A stretch of 64,000 nt of DNA from Desulfosudaceae bacterium (GTDB taxonomy: Bacteria > Desulfobacterota > Desulfobacteria > Desulfobacterales > Desulfosudaceae): positions 640,001 to 704,000 of the forward strand of contig CAXXDV010000003.1 in the NCBI GenBank assembly GCA_963674745.2, given 5' to 3'. The first letter of the stretch is position 1. Each line of letters starts with the position of its first letter. Shown here in pieces: positions 29,664 to 39,186 of the stretch. Under the pieces are notes generated by a model, which was not told where the DNA came from, did not search any database, and saw nothing but the letters and a program-made list of their open reading frames with translations. The position numbers and the translations under genes were made by a program.

Positions 29664-31464
29664 TGAAACACTCCGGTGCCATCTCCCAGCAGATCGGCGC
29701 GTTATCCGTCAAACGCTCGGCCAGACCCGTTGTCCGGGGCAGTTCATAGTTGAAATAATATTTAAAGGCATACAGCTTTCCTTCGTAAAACAGGGCATCT
29801 TTACCGGTTGTTTTTTCTTCCAGCAGTTGTGTGGCCGAAACCGCCTGCTTGAGCCACTGCCAGGACACGACGATAATCCCGAAATACTCAAGATAGACCG
29901 TGGCATCGGAAAGATAGACCTCCGGCCCTTTTTCCTGAGCCACCCCGATTAAATGCATGGTCACTTCCTGTAATCTGTTCAGCGCCTTTTTCAGTTTTTT
30001 TCCGTATGGGGCAAGCGTGTCAAACTCCTGGGCCAGGGATATTGTTTTGTGGGCCTCCTCAAAGAAGAACAGCGAAGCTTTGCCGTCTTTCATGACGACT
30101 TTTCGACCCAGCAGGTCCATGCCCTGCATACCGGTGGTGCCTTCGTGGATGGGGTGAATGCGGACGTCCCGGTAATACTGCTCCAGGGGAAAGTCATCAC
30201 AATAGCCATAACCGCCGAAACACTGCAAACCGGTGCTGACGGATAAAACACCCATTTCCGAAGGAAAGGTCTTGGCCACCGGGGTCAGGATCTCCAGCAG
30301 CAGGCTGTATCGCTCTTTGTCTTCCGGGTTTTTTGAGACCAGCTGTAAATCATAATACAGGGAGCATTGCAGCAAAAGCGCCAGCGACCCTTCCACGATG
30401 GCGCGCTGAAACAGCAGCATCCGCCTGACGTCGGCATGCTCGATAATAGGGATTTGAGGCAGGTCGGGGTTTTTTTCCATCAGCCGCCTGCCCTGGGGCC
30501 TGGCCCTGGCGTAATCAAGAGCGGCATAATAGGCCGCGGTGGCGATACCGGCCGCGCCCATGCCTACTTCGAGCCGGGCCTCGTTCATCATCTGAAACAT
30601 GTACTTGAGCCCCTTGTGGGGTTCACCCACCAGGTATCCATGGCAGTCGTCTGATTCTCCGATACTCAGTTCCGTCAGCGGCGTGCCCTTATAGCCCAGT
30701 TTATGATAAACCTGTGTTACCTTGATGTCGTTGGGCGCCAGCTGACCATTCGGGTTGACTCTTTTTTTGGGAACCACGAACAGGGAAATGCCCTTGATGC
30801 CGGCCGGCGCGCCCTCGATTCTGGCCAGCATTAAATGCACCACGTTTTCAGCGCCGTTGTGGTCCCCGGCGGAGATAAAGATTTTCTGGCCCCGGATCAG
30901 GTAATGCCCCCCGTCCGTGGGACAGGCGGTGGTGGTGATGTCCGTAAGGGAGCTGCCGGCCTGGGGTTCGGTCATGGCCATGGTGCCCTGCCACTTGCCG
31001 GAAATCATGTTTTCGACAAAGGTATTATTCAGTTCCTCGCTCGCAAACGAGATGATCAGATGGGCGGCGCCGGTGGTCAGGTCGGCGTAAACACTGGCCG
31101 AATAGTTGGCCGCGGCAAAGATAAACCGGGCCACGTTGGAGAGAAGCAGCGGGAACTGGTCTCCGCCGTGATCGGTTGAAAAACTGGCGGCGATCCAGCC
31201 ACCCTCGCCGCATTCACGCATAATGTCTTTGACCCGTTTGTGAACGATCACTTCACCGTCAACCAGCTCCGGTGGCTCTGTGTCCATTTCCTTTAAAATG
31301 GGGAGCATCATGTTTTTAGCCAGTTTTATGGCCGCGTCGACAACCATGTCGAAAACCTGACGATTATGCATGCTGTAAAAATCGTATGAGGTAAGCTGCT
31401 CGACATCAAACACTTCGTACAACAGAAAATCCAGATTCCTTTTACTGATAAACTTTCCGGCCAT
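29656..31464 (-). CDS. Acyl-CoA dehydrogenase (long, ~600 aa class)
   Basis: GTMAMTEPQAGS, GQKIFIS, GIKGISLFVVPK, HKLG, MFQMMNEARL, QCFGGYGY, IHEGTTGMQ. Confidence 0.95.
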   Translation of the reverse strand: MAGKFISKRNLDFLLYEVFDVEQLTSYDFYSMHNRQVFDMVVDAAIKLAKNMMLPILKEMDTEPPELVDGEVIVHKRVKDIMRECGEGGWIAASFSTDHGGDQFPLLLSNVARFIFAAANYSASVYADLTTGAAHLIISFASEELNNTFVENMISGKWQGTMAMTEPQAGSSLTDITTTACPTDGGHYLIRGQKIFISAGDHNGAENVVHLMLARIEGAPAGIKGISLFVVPKKRVNPNGQLAPNDIKVTQVYHKLGYKGTPLTELSIGESDDCHGYLVGEPHKGLKYMFQMMNEARLEVGMGAAGIATAAYYAALDYARARPQGRRLMEKNPDLPQIPIIEHADVRRMLLFQRAIVEGSLALLLQCSLYYDLQLVSKNPEDKERYSLLLEILTPVAKTFPSEMGVLSVSTGLQCFGGYGYCDDFPLEQYYRDVRIHPIHEGTTGMQGMDLLGRKVVMKDGKASLFFFEEAHKTISLAQEFDTLAPYGKKLKKALNRLQEVTMHLIGVAQEKGPEVYLSDATVYLEYFGIIVVSWQWLKQAVSATQLLEEKTTGKDALFYEGKLYAFKYYFNYELPRTTGLAERLTDNAPICWEMAPECFND

Positions 31465-31488
31465 GTTTATTCCCTTATTCCAAAATGA

Positions 31489-32250
31489 TTATGTCTGTTG
31501 CGCCCCAATTCTTAGCCCCGCTATCATGAAGGCCTGGTTGCGGTTCTCCAGGTGAAGGGCCTGTTCCATTGAACTCACATCCAGGTTCTGATTGATCGCT
31601 TCTTTGGTCATGCGTAATCCCAGCGGGTTTTTTCCCACCATTTTACCCGCGATTTCATAAGCCGTATCCAGCAGCGCTTCTTTTTCCACCATTCGGCTGG
31701 CAAACCCCAGGGACATGGCCTCTTCGGCGGTCATGAACTCTCCGGTCAGCAGAAACTCGTTGGCCCGCCCCGAACCGATCAGTTTGGGCAGGAAATAACT
31801 GCTGGCCAGGTCCGCGCCGCCCAGGCCGATGTTGATATAGGCCGCGTTGAAACGGGCCTGAGGGGTAATGATTCGCACATCCGCGGCCATGGCAAAGCTG
31901 AATCCCGCGCCCGAGGCGGCGCCGTGAACGGCGGCAATAACAGGCTGAGGAATGCGTCTCATTTTGTAAAACAACCAGGAGGCCATGCTCTGGAATTTAT
32001 AAATCAGTTCCGGTGTGGCTTCAAATAATTTGGCAGCGGATTCTTTCATGTCCATTCCGGAGCAAAACCCTTTTTCACCGCTGCCGGTGATGATCAATAC
32101 CCGCACATTGTCATTATTCCGAAGATCGTCAAGCAGGGCATCCAGCTCTTCCACCATTTGCTGGTTCAGGGCATTGATGGTTTTGGGGCGGTTTAGTGTC
32201 AGCAGGCCGATATGGTCTTTTTCCGTAAACAGAATTGATTGATCCGTCAT
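31489..32250 (-). CDS. Enoyl-CoA hydratase/isomerase family protein
   Basis: LTLNRPKTINAL, FCSGMD, IAAVHGAASGAG, ADVRI. Confidence 0.93.
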   Translation of the reverse strand: MTDQSILFTEKDHIGLLTLNRPKTINALNQQMVEELDALLDDLRNNDNVRVLIITGSGEKGFCSGMDMKESAAKLFEATPELIYKFQSMASWLFYKMRRIPQPVIAAVHGAASGAGFSFAMAADVRIITPQARFNAAYINIGLGGADLASSYFLPKLIGSGRANEFLLTGEFMTAEEAMSLGFASRMVEKEALLDTAYEIAGKMVGKNPLGLRMTKEAINQNLDVSSMEQALHLENRNQAFMIAGLRIGAQQT

Positions 32251-32433
32251 TTTATTTGTCCCCGATTCCTCCGAATATATTTTTGAAATTCTTCAACAAA
32301 AGATGATAAGACAAAAGATAAAAATTTATTATGTTTTTCTGAGCCCTGGAAAAATGAAATTATATATTATAAAATATGACGGATATTCAGCCGGAATGCA
32401 AGTTCCATGTTACTTTTTCGAGGGAGGGATCAC

Positions 32434-32895
32434 ATGCCGCTTTTTCTGGTTCAGCACGGCAAAAGCTTACCAACCGAAACAGATCCCGAGAAGGGGCTTT
32501 CCAGCGAAGGGTTTTCCGAGGTCGAGCGGATCGCGAAAGTCGCTCAAGGATACAATGTGAAGGTATCACGCATTGTCCACAGCGGTAAGAAACGGGCCTT
32601 GCAGACGGCCGAAATCTTTGATTCCTTTTTGAAGCCCGCGGGAGGTGTTCACAAAGAAAGCGGGCTGTCCCCCATGGATGATGTGGCGGCCTGGGCGATC
32701 AGGGTTGATCCCGCAGACGACCTGATGCTGGTCGGCCATCTCCCTTTTATGAGCAGGCTCACGTCTCTTCTTATTGCCGGATCCACGGATAATCCGGTAT
32801 TCAAATTTCAGAACGGCGGTATCGTCTGCCTTGATATCGATCCGGACAGCCGTTCCTGGGTGATCCGCTGGACGCTTTGCCCGAATATTTCATGA
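32434..32895 (+). CDS. sixA: Phosphohistidine phosphatase SixA
   Basis: LFLVQHG, HSGKKRALQTA, MLVGHLP; GGAGG SD before ATG 32434. Confidence 0.85.
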   Translation: MPLFLVQHGKSLPTETDPEKGLSSEGFSEVERIAKVAQGYNVKVSRIVHSGKKRALQTAEIFDSFLKPAGGVHKESGLSPMDDVAAWAIRVDPADDLMLVGHLPFMSRLTSLLIAGSTDNPVFKFQNGGIVCLDIDPDSRSWVIRWTLCPNIS

Positions 32896-33003
32896 AATTT
32901 TTCAACAACAGATAACGAGATGTTGCCAGTAAAAAAAGCTGTATTTCAAAAAACAAACGGCCATTTACTGTATTTATGGAATTTTTGCATTGTTTAAGGA
33001 GCA

Positions 33004-33837
33004 GTGGTGCGGGTTAATATCATTTGTTTTTCCCAGACCGGTAATACACGGAAAGTCGCGCGGGACATGGCCGGTGTCTTCAAGCAGGATGGACATGACG
33101 TCGGTTATATCTCATTCAGAAAGGCCGGTTACCGGCATTTCACGGAAGCCGATCTCATCGGGGTCGGCGCACCCTGTTTCGAAAGCCAGGCACCGGAACC
33201 GGTCAGAACGTTTTTAAAGCCCCTGCCTCATCTGGAGGGGAAAAAAGCGTTTGTGTTCGCTACTTCCGGAGGCGGCCCCGGCCGGGTATTATATGATCTG
33301 GCCAGGCCCCTTATGGATGCCGGGGCTGATGTGATCGGCGGATTTCTTTGTCGGGGCACCTGCTACTATCCGGTACCCTGCCTGGTCAACCGTTTTCCCG
33401 ATCGGCCGGACCAGGCGGACCTGGCGGACGCCCGGTTTTTCGCCCGGTCGGTTTTGGAACATGTGACTTCCGGGCGGGCGGGGCCATTGCCGGAAACCCG
33501 GCCGGATGCCTTGAAGCATGGATTCGGGTTTTATCATATGCTGGCCGTTTTGTTAAAAGATCCGCTGATTCGAGCCGTCATGCCGGAACCCGTCCTTGAT
33601 CCGGAAAAGTGCGATGAATGCCGGTGGTGCTTTCACGCCTGCCCCACCGGCAGTATTGTGCTAAGCCCTTTACCGCAAATAGGTTCGACCTGCATCAGAT
33701 GCTATCGCTGCATGAATGGCTGCCGACCACAGGCCCTGTCTGTAAAATGGGGCATTTCCAATTTTTTGACATGGACGCTTTACAACAAAACGTTTGAGCG
33801 CTGGCTGGGGGATATTCAGCCCGGTGAAAAGATTTAG
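33004..33837 (+). CDS. EFR1-family flavodoxin + 2x[4Fe-4S] ferredoxin fusion
   Basis: FSQTGNT flavodoxin loop; CDECRWCFHACP and CIRCYRCMNGCR. Confidence 0.9.
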   Translation: MVRVNIICFSQTGNTRKVARDMAGVFKQDGHDVGYISFRKAGYRHFTEADLIGVGAPCFESQAPEPVRTFLKPLPHLEGKKAFVFATSGGGPGRVLYDLARPLMDAGADVIGGFLCRGTCYYPVPCLVNRFPDRPDQADLADARFFARSVLEHVTSGRAGPLPETRPDALKHGFGFYHMLAVLLKDPLIRAVMPEPVLDPEKCDECRWCFHACPTGSIVLSPLPQIGSTCIRCYRCMNGCRPQALSVKWGISNFLTWTLYNKTFERWLGDIQPGEKI

Positions 33838-33944
33838 AGCGCCTCTAAAAATTGCCTTTTGGCCCGATGTCGGTGTTGTGTCCAAATTTTTAATCCTCAC
33901 GCCTTGACCTCGAACCAACATCCTGATTTCTAGAGATGCACTAA
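33834..33944. mobile_element. MITE-like element with imperfect 20-bp terminal inverted repeats
   Basis: TTAGAGCGCCTCTAAAAATT (33834-33853) vs GATTTCTAGAGATGCACTAA (33925-33944), 15/20 complementary; the left end contains the upstream gene's TAG. Confidence 0.55.
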
Positions 33945-33969
33945 TGCTTCAAATATGAGGAGGCGGATG

Positions 33970-34356
33970 ATGGAAAAGATCGCTTATTACAAAAATCTTT
34001 TTTTAATCGGTGCCACCTGGAACTGGCTGGCGACCCTGTCTTTCGCGCTGGGTTACAAATGGATTTTTGCTTTGTTTAGCATGAATTTGCCCGTGTTCCC
34101 GGTATTTTTTATTCTTTTTCTGGGCCTGGCTTTTGTTTTTGGTATCGGATATTACTGGGTGTCCAGGGATATCAACAAAAACCATGATATCGTCAAAATG
34201 GGTATCATCGGAAAAGTGTTCGTCTTTGTGGCCCTCCTGTGGGCTGGTATTTCCGGTCAAATCGCCTGGCCCTTGGCCGGCGCAGGAGTCGTAGATCTGC
34301 TTTTTGCGCTGCTTTTTATCGAATTTCTCATAACCTCGAGTAAACATTTGAATTGA
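33970..34356 (+). CDS. Small 4-TM membrane protein of unknown function
   Basis: Four hydrophobic segments; GAGGAGG SD; paralog of 42325-42741. Confidence 0.75.
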   Translation: MEKIAYYKNLFLIGATWNWLATLSFALGYKWIFALFSMNLPVFPVFFILFLGLAFVFGIGYYWVSRDINKNHDIVKMGIIGKVFVFVALLWAGISGQIAWPLAGAGVVDLLFALLFIEFLITSSKHLN

Positions 34357-34563
34357 TTTAGGCTGATATCGATTTTTCCCATCGGAGCACTTTTTTTGTT
34401 TTGGTATTAAGCTTTTGAAAATTATGATACCGTATTTTGAAAAACCGCTATCCTGTCTTTTCTTCTTCTCTAAGAAACGCAGGGTAAACTTTTTTTATTT
34501 GAATCAACGGTAGCCGCCTTGGCTGCTGCCTGTTACAGAGACATCCAAAAGAAAGGATCTAAA

Positions 34564-35052
34564 ATGAAAAAACTGATCGCTGCAATAACCCTTCTGGTTT
34601 TATTAATCCCTTTTTATGCCGTTGCTGACGAGAAAACTGATCTGGCGGAAAAGCTGATAACCCTGACCAATATGGACAAGATGATGGAACAGACAAAACA
34701 GCAGATCCTGCAGATGGAATCGCAGATGGTCGGCCAGTTTGATGTCCCCGAAGAAAAAAAAGCTGATGCGATGGCTTTTCAAAAAAAGCTGACGGAAAAA
34801 ACGTTTGAAATTATGAATTTCGACGATCTGCACAAAGATTATGCGGCCCTCTTTGCGGAGGTTTATTCTCTTGAAGAATTAAAGGGGCTGGTTGCTTTTT
34901 ATGAGTCTCCGGTTGGTCAGAGCATGATTGAAAAACAACCCGTCGTTATTCAAAAGGCCATGCAGATTTCACAAAAACGAATGGCCTCCTTGATTCCCGA
35001 AATCCAGAAAATGTCCGAAGCGTTTAAGGCATCACTGGAAAAAGCGGAATAG
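34564..35052 (+). CDS. DUF2059-family secreted protein
   Basis: Signal peptide; YSLEELKGLVAFYESPVGQ..IEKQP motif. Confidence 0.85.
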   Translation: MKKLIAAITLLVLLIPFYAVADEKTDLAEKLITLTNMDKMMEQTKQQILQMESQMVGQFDVPEEKKADAMAFQKKLTEKTFEIMNFDDLHKDYAALFAEVYSLEELKGLVAFYESPVGQSMIEKQPVVIQKAMQISQKRMASLIPEIQKMSEAFKASLEKAE

Positions 35053-35071
35053 CGAACAAAAAAGTTGAATG

Positions 35072-35104
35072 ATGGGCGGTGGAAAAGACCACCGCCCATT
35101 TTTT
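35072..35104 (+). terminator. Intrinsic terminator between convergent genes
   Basis: Stem ATGGGCGGTGG / CCACCGCCCAT with a 6-nt loop, followed by a T-run. Confidence 0.8.
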
Positions 35105-35110
35105 ATCGTA

Positions 35111-36592
35111 TTATCTTGCTGTTACTGCTTTTAGAAAGCACCCGCCGCCGCTGCCGCTGCCGCTGCTGTTTGGATTAACGGGGGCGGTATCGTCACCGCC
35201 ATTATCATCGGTATCAAACAAACCCGGTCCGGACGGATCATTAAAGATGCCGTTGGCCTCACCGTCCGCGTCACCGGGACCGCCGTCCTGGGCCATGATG
35301 GTCAATGACATGCGGTCTTCGCTGATGACCACATAATCTGAAAAATCATACCAGCCGACAGCCGGGTCGTATTTATACCAGACCGCGCCTTCGGGGATCG
35401 GTTCTGAGAAATAGAAGGTCAGTTCGACGGTGTCTCCCGGGTTTGCCATCAAGGCGCTGAAGTTGATCAGCCCCAGCGGTAGCTGGTCCGGCCGGTTGCT
35501 GGAATCGTCAATAGTTGATGGGTCGATCCACTCCAGAAGTTCAAGGCTGATCCCCGGAGGAACCACAACACCGATAAATAAATCACCGGCGGTGCCACCG
35601 GGCGTGACCCGCATGTCGTCCTGGTCACGGTCGGGAATGCCGTTGCCGTCCATGTCCAGGTCTTCGGGTATCCCATTGTCATCATCTGCATCCAGACAGT
35701 CCGGTATGCCGTTCTGATCATTGTCATCGTCTGTCACACCGCAACCGCAGGCGCCCGGATCGATTTTGTCCGGATCGTTGGGGCAAAGATCTCTGTCATC
35801 GGGTGTGCCGTCGCCATCACTGTCCAGTTTGTCAAAATTGGCTGTAACCGCTTTGTTCCTGTTCATAATGAGGGTACAATCGGTGGTGCCGGTGCAGGCA
35901 TCAGACCATCCGACAAAGGTGCTTCCTTCATCCGCAATGGCCGTCAGCGGGACAAATGCGCCGGGGGTATAATACTGCATGCAATCGTCGCCGCAATCAA
36001 TGCCCGGAAACTCGCTGACGACCGTGCCATCGCCTTCCCCGGCCTTGACCACGGTCAGCCTGTAACGTTGCGGTGGTTGCGGGCCCTCATTGGGTTCTTG
36101 TTCAGGTTGATAGACATAGGTTTGATCATAAACGACGTCGTTACCGCCATTGGGATCGTATGTCGACGAGGAAACAAACGCCTGGTTAAGCAGTATACCT
36201 TCTCCGAAGCTGTCGACAGTGACGACAAGGGTATATTGGCCGCTGCCGCCGGCCGCGATCGATCCCAGAAAGCAGGTCGGGCAGCCAGCGGGGTCTTCCG
36301 CACACCCGGTAGTTGACACAAACGTTACTTCAGGCGGCAGAATGTCGCTAACGGTCACACCATCAGCCGTATCTGGTCCATGGTTGGTGACGGTAATGGT
36401 ATAGGTCAGGGTATCGCCCAGATTGACGGGATTATTGTCACCGGATTTGATGATCGACAGATCCGCTTCCAGAGGCCCGACAGCAGCCCAGCCGGTTGAG
36501 AATAATAGCGGAACGGCAATAAAACAAACGGCTGCCAATAATGAAAAGACAGGCGACGGTTTCGTTAAAGGATTTTTTGATGATGATTTCAC
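35111..36592 (-). CDS. Secreted surface protein: DUF11 + InlB B-repeat-like + Asp-rich TSP3-like repeats + choice-of-anchor-like domain + Gly-rich Cys C-terminal tag
   Basis: ADLSIIKS...LTYTITVTNHGPDTA; LTVVKAGEGDGTV...FVGWSDAC; DSDGDGTPDDRDLCPND; WYKYD...DGGPGDADG...DPSGP; ends GGGCFLKAVTAR. Confidence 0.8.
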   Translation of the reverse strand: MKSSSKNPLTKPSPVFSLLAAVCFIAVPLLFSTGWAAVGPLEADLSIIKSGDNNPVNLGDTLTYTITVTNHGPDTADGVTVSDILPPEVTFVSTTGCAEDPAGCPTCFLGSIAAGGSGQYTLVVTVDSFGEGILLNQAFVSSSTYDPNGGNDVVYDQTYVYQPEQEPNEGPQPPQRYRLTVVKAGEGDGTVVSEFPGIDCGDDCMQYYTPGAFVPLTAIADEGSTFVGWSDACTGTTDCTLIMNRNKAVTANFDKLDSDGDGTPDDRDLCPNDPDKIDPGACGCGVTDDDNDQNGIPDCLDADDDNGIPEDLDMDGNGIPDRDQDDMRVTPGGTAGDLFIGVVVPPGISLELLEWIDPSTIDDSSNRPDQLPLGLINFSALMANPGDTVELTFYFSEPIPEGAVWYKYDPAVGWYDFSDYVVISEDRMSLTIMAQDGGPGDADGEANGIFNDPSGPGLFDTDDNGGDDTAPVNPNSSGSGSGGGCFLKAVTAR

Positions 36593-36713
36593 TTGTAACC
36601 CCCATATTCTGATAATGATTCTGAAAAGTTAATCCCGCGTATGAATAATGTTATTTCCCCGTTTCACCTGAAGAATTTTAAATAGTCTATTTTTCGGTAT
36701 GATACAAGCTAAA

Positions 36714-37343
36714 TTACATCCAGCCAAGAATATTGACGAATACAATCCACAAAACGATATCTGCCGTCAGGAGGCTGAAAAACAGGGTGGCTTTGCCTTT
36801 TAATCCCAGGTTGTCATAAACCCAGACGACCAGAAAAAAAGGCGCGGTATAGGCAAGCAAAATAAATTCAATATGGGGCCAGGACCAGTATTTATATTCC
36901 CAGACAAGAATACCGAAATAGTTCAGCGCCACCTCGACCAGGATACAGAATATCCCCATGGCAACGGGAATAAAAATCCGGTTGGGGACGCCCAGGATGG
37001 TGATGTTTTTATCCATGGACAGGAGCTTGGCAAAAATAATGCCGGCCGTGCAGAACATCAGGCTGATTTCGATATTGACGCCGATCAGGATGACAAAGGC
37101 CGAGCTTTTCGGTGTCATCCACAAACCGGCGTAATTGGTAAAATGCAGAACAAGTCCATTGATAAATTCCGGCAGAAAAACGGCCACCGAAAATATCAGG
37201 CCCAGCAGGACGTTGTCCCAGGCTTTTCTTTCGATCTCAACCGTGTAAACATATAATAAAAATGGAATATAAAGAATAATGTAGGGCTGAAAATGGTCCG
37301 GGCTTCTGAGTATGCTCAGTGTCTGCAGGGTCGCTTCGGTCAT
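36714..37343 (-). CDS. Integral membrane protein of unknown function
   Basis: About 6 TM segments with intramembrane Glu residues (EFIN, NIEI, VEV); AGGAG SD. Confidence 0.75.
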   Translation of the reverse strand: MTEATLQTLSILRSPDHFQPYIILYIPFLLYVYTVEIERKAWDNVLLGLIFSVAVFLPEFINGLVLHFTNYAGLWMTPKSSAFVILIGVNIEISLMFCTAGIIFAKLLSMDKNITILGVPNRIFIPVAMGIFCILVEVALNYFGILVWEYKYWSWPHIEFILLAYTAPFFLVVWVYDNLGLKGKATLFFSLLTADIVLWIVFVNILGWM

Positions 37344-37388
37344 GGCTGGCTCCTGTCCTTGGTGGATCTTACGCTTTTTCCCGTTTGG

Positions 37389-38186
37389 TTATTTCAGAAT
37401 CATTTCAGGGGCGCAATCGGCCCTTTGTTCTTTCATTAATTGCAGCTTTTTCTTGTATCTCGATTGAACAATATCGGTCATCACCATGACAAAGATAATA
37501 AAATAAAAGGTGGCCTTGTTCATGGGGGTGATGGCATGACCTAATAACCGCAGATGCGCCAGGTGGCCGCCTTCGGAAAGAAGCATGACGCCGACCACAA
37601 AAAGAATAAACAGGCCAAGCACTTCATACATCCGGTTTTTTTGCAGGAAAGCCGCTACACGATCAGCCAGCCATATCATCAGAATCCCGCCCATGATAAT
37701 CGCCGCGGCCATTACCCAAAACACGTGGGTCAGGGCAATGGCGCTCAATATGGAGTCAAATGAGAAGACGGCATTCATGGAAACGATCAGAAAAACGATC
37801 ATGGCCACGGATTGCTGCTGCCGTATTTCATGGACAACATCTTCCATGCTCATCATATGAAGCACTTCCCGGGTTGCCGTGTACATAATAAACACGCCGC
37901 CCAGCAGGACAACCAGGCCGTGCAGATTTAATTCACTTTCGATCACACCGGTCATGTTGATACTCATAAAAGGCTCATGGAAATAGTCGATCAGCCTGAG
38001 CAGAATGAACAGTAAAAAAATCCGTAATAAAACGGCCAGACCGATTCCCAGCCGCCTGACAAAGGCCTGTCTGTGTTCCGGTGCCCGCCTGGATTCAATG
38101 GAGATGTAAAGCAGGTTGTCAAAACCCAGAACGGCCTGGAGCAGGGTCAATAAACCCAGTGTGATGAAGTTTTCAATGGTAAACAT
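37389..38186 (-). CDS. TerC family membrane protein
   Basis: LQAVLGFDNLLYIS, NAVFSFDSILSA; likely start ATG 38186. Confidence 0.9.
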   Translation of the reverse strand: MFTIENFITLGLLTLLQAVLGFDNLLYISIESRRAPEHRQAFVRRLGIGLAVLLRIFLLFILLRLIDYFHEPFMSINMTGVIESELNLHGLVVLLGGVFIMYTATREVLHMMSMEDVVHEIRQQQSVAMIVFLIVSMNAVFSFDSILSAIALTHVFWVMAAAIIMGGILMIWLADRVAAFLQKNRMYEVLGLFILFVVGVMLLSEGGHLAHLRLLGHAITPMNKATFYFIIFVMVMTDIVQSRYKKKLQLMKEQRADCAPEMILK

Positions 38187-38259
38187 TTGCTTGTTTTTCC
38201 TCCCGCAAAATAGGCAATAAATCAAAGCGACTGAAATTGTCATTCTAGAATTTTTCGGG

Positions 38260-39057
38260 TCAGGCACCCGAGAATTTGGGTTTGCGTTTCTGAAGATAGG
38301 CTTCGACACCTTCTTTAAAATCTTCGGAAAGCAGGGTCAACACAAACTGATCGACATCCATATGCGTGGTTGATTTGTCCAGGGCGTTGGCGACGGCGTT
38401 TACGGTCTGCTTGGTCATCGCGGCCGACACAGGCGGCAGGCAAAGGACTTTATCCGCGATTGCCCGGGCTTCATCCATGGTTTTGTTGTCAGGGCAGACC
38501 CTTTGGGCAAACCCCCAGTCATAAGCGTCTTTGGCGTAAACCTTATCACCGAACAGAACAATTTCCTTGGTCCTGGGCGGGCCAACCAGATGAACCAGCC
38601 GGGGGATCGTGGCCCAGCTCATGTTCATGGCCAGCCCGATTTCCGGAACCCGCATAAAGGCCGATTCCGCCATGACACGGAAGTCGCAGGCGCAGGCCAG
38701 GGAAACACCGCCGCCCACGCAGAAGCCTTCTATGGCGCATATGGTTATCTGATCCAGTTCTTCCCACATCCGGCACATCCTGGGGCCATATGCCATTAAT
38801 TTGCGTTTTTCAGCCAGGGTGGCGGTAAGCACTTGCGCCAGAGCAGGGTCGGCAAGATCGACGCCGGCACTGAAGCAACCGCCCGCGCCGGTTAAAATGA
38901 TCGCAGACACATCGGAACGCTTTTGAAAGCTTGCGGCCACGTCACAGAGTTTGTCCAGTACGTCCACGGACATGGCATTTTTTTGCCCGGGCCGGTTGAT
39001 GGTCACAATCGCCAGGGCGCCGTCATGGGTTGTGGTAATGACATTTTCATGAGTCAT
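38260..39057 (-). CDS. Enoyl-CoA hydratase/isomerase family protein
   Basis: INRPGQKNAM, FSAGVDL, AIEGFCVGGG, ACDFR, VPEI, EDFKEGV. Confidence 0.93.
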   Translation of the reverse strand: MTHENVITTTHDGALAIVTINRPGQKNAMSVDVLDKLCDVAASFQKRSDVSAIILTGAGGCFSAGVDLADPALAQVLTATLAEKRKLMAYGPRMCRMWEELDQITICAIEGFCVGGGVSLACACDFRVMAESAFMRVPEIGLAMNMSWATIPRLVHLVGPPRTKEIVLFGDKVYAKDAYDWGFAQRVCPDNKTMDEARAIADKVLCLPPVSAAMTKQTVNAVANALDKSTTHMDVDQFVLTLLSEDFKEGVEAYLQKRKPKFSGA

Positions 39058-39094
39058 ACGAACACCTTGTTATTGATTGATTAATATTTTTGGT

Positions 39095-39143
39095 TCTTCT
39101 CCAATTTAGTGAGCACACAGGGTTCAAGGGGTCGAGGGGTCAA
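39095..39143 (+). repeat. Dispersed ~50-bp element with 8-bp G-rich units
   Basis: TCTTCTCCAATTTAGTGAGCACACAGGGTTCAAGGGGTCGAGGGGTCAA; near-identical to 59943-59999. Confidence 0.75.
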
Positions 39144-39186
39144 ACACTTTTCTGGAATCGGCCGAAGCGATATCTTCAAAGATTTC

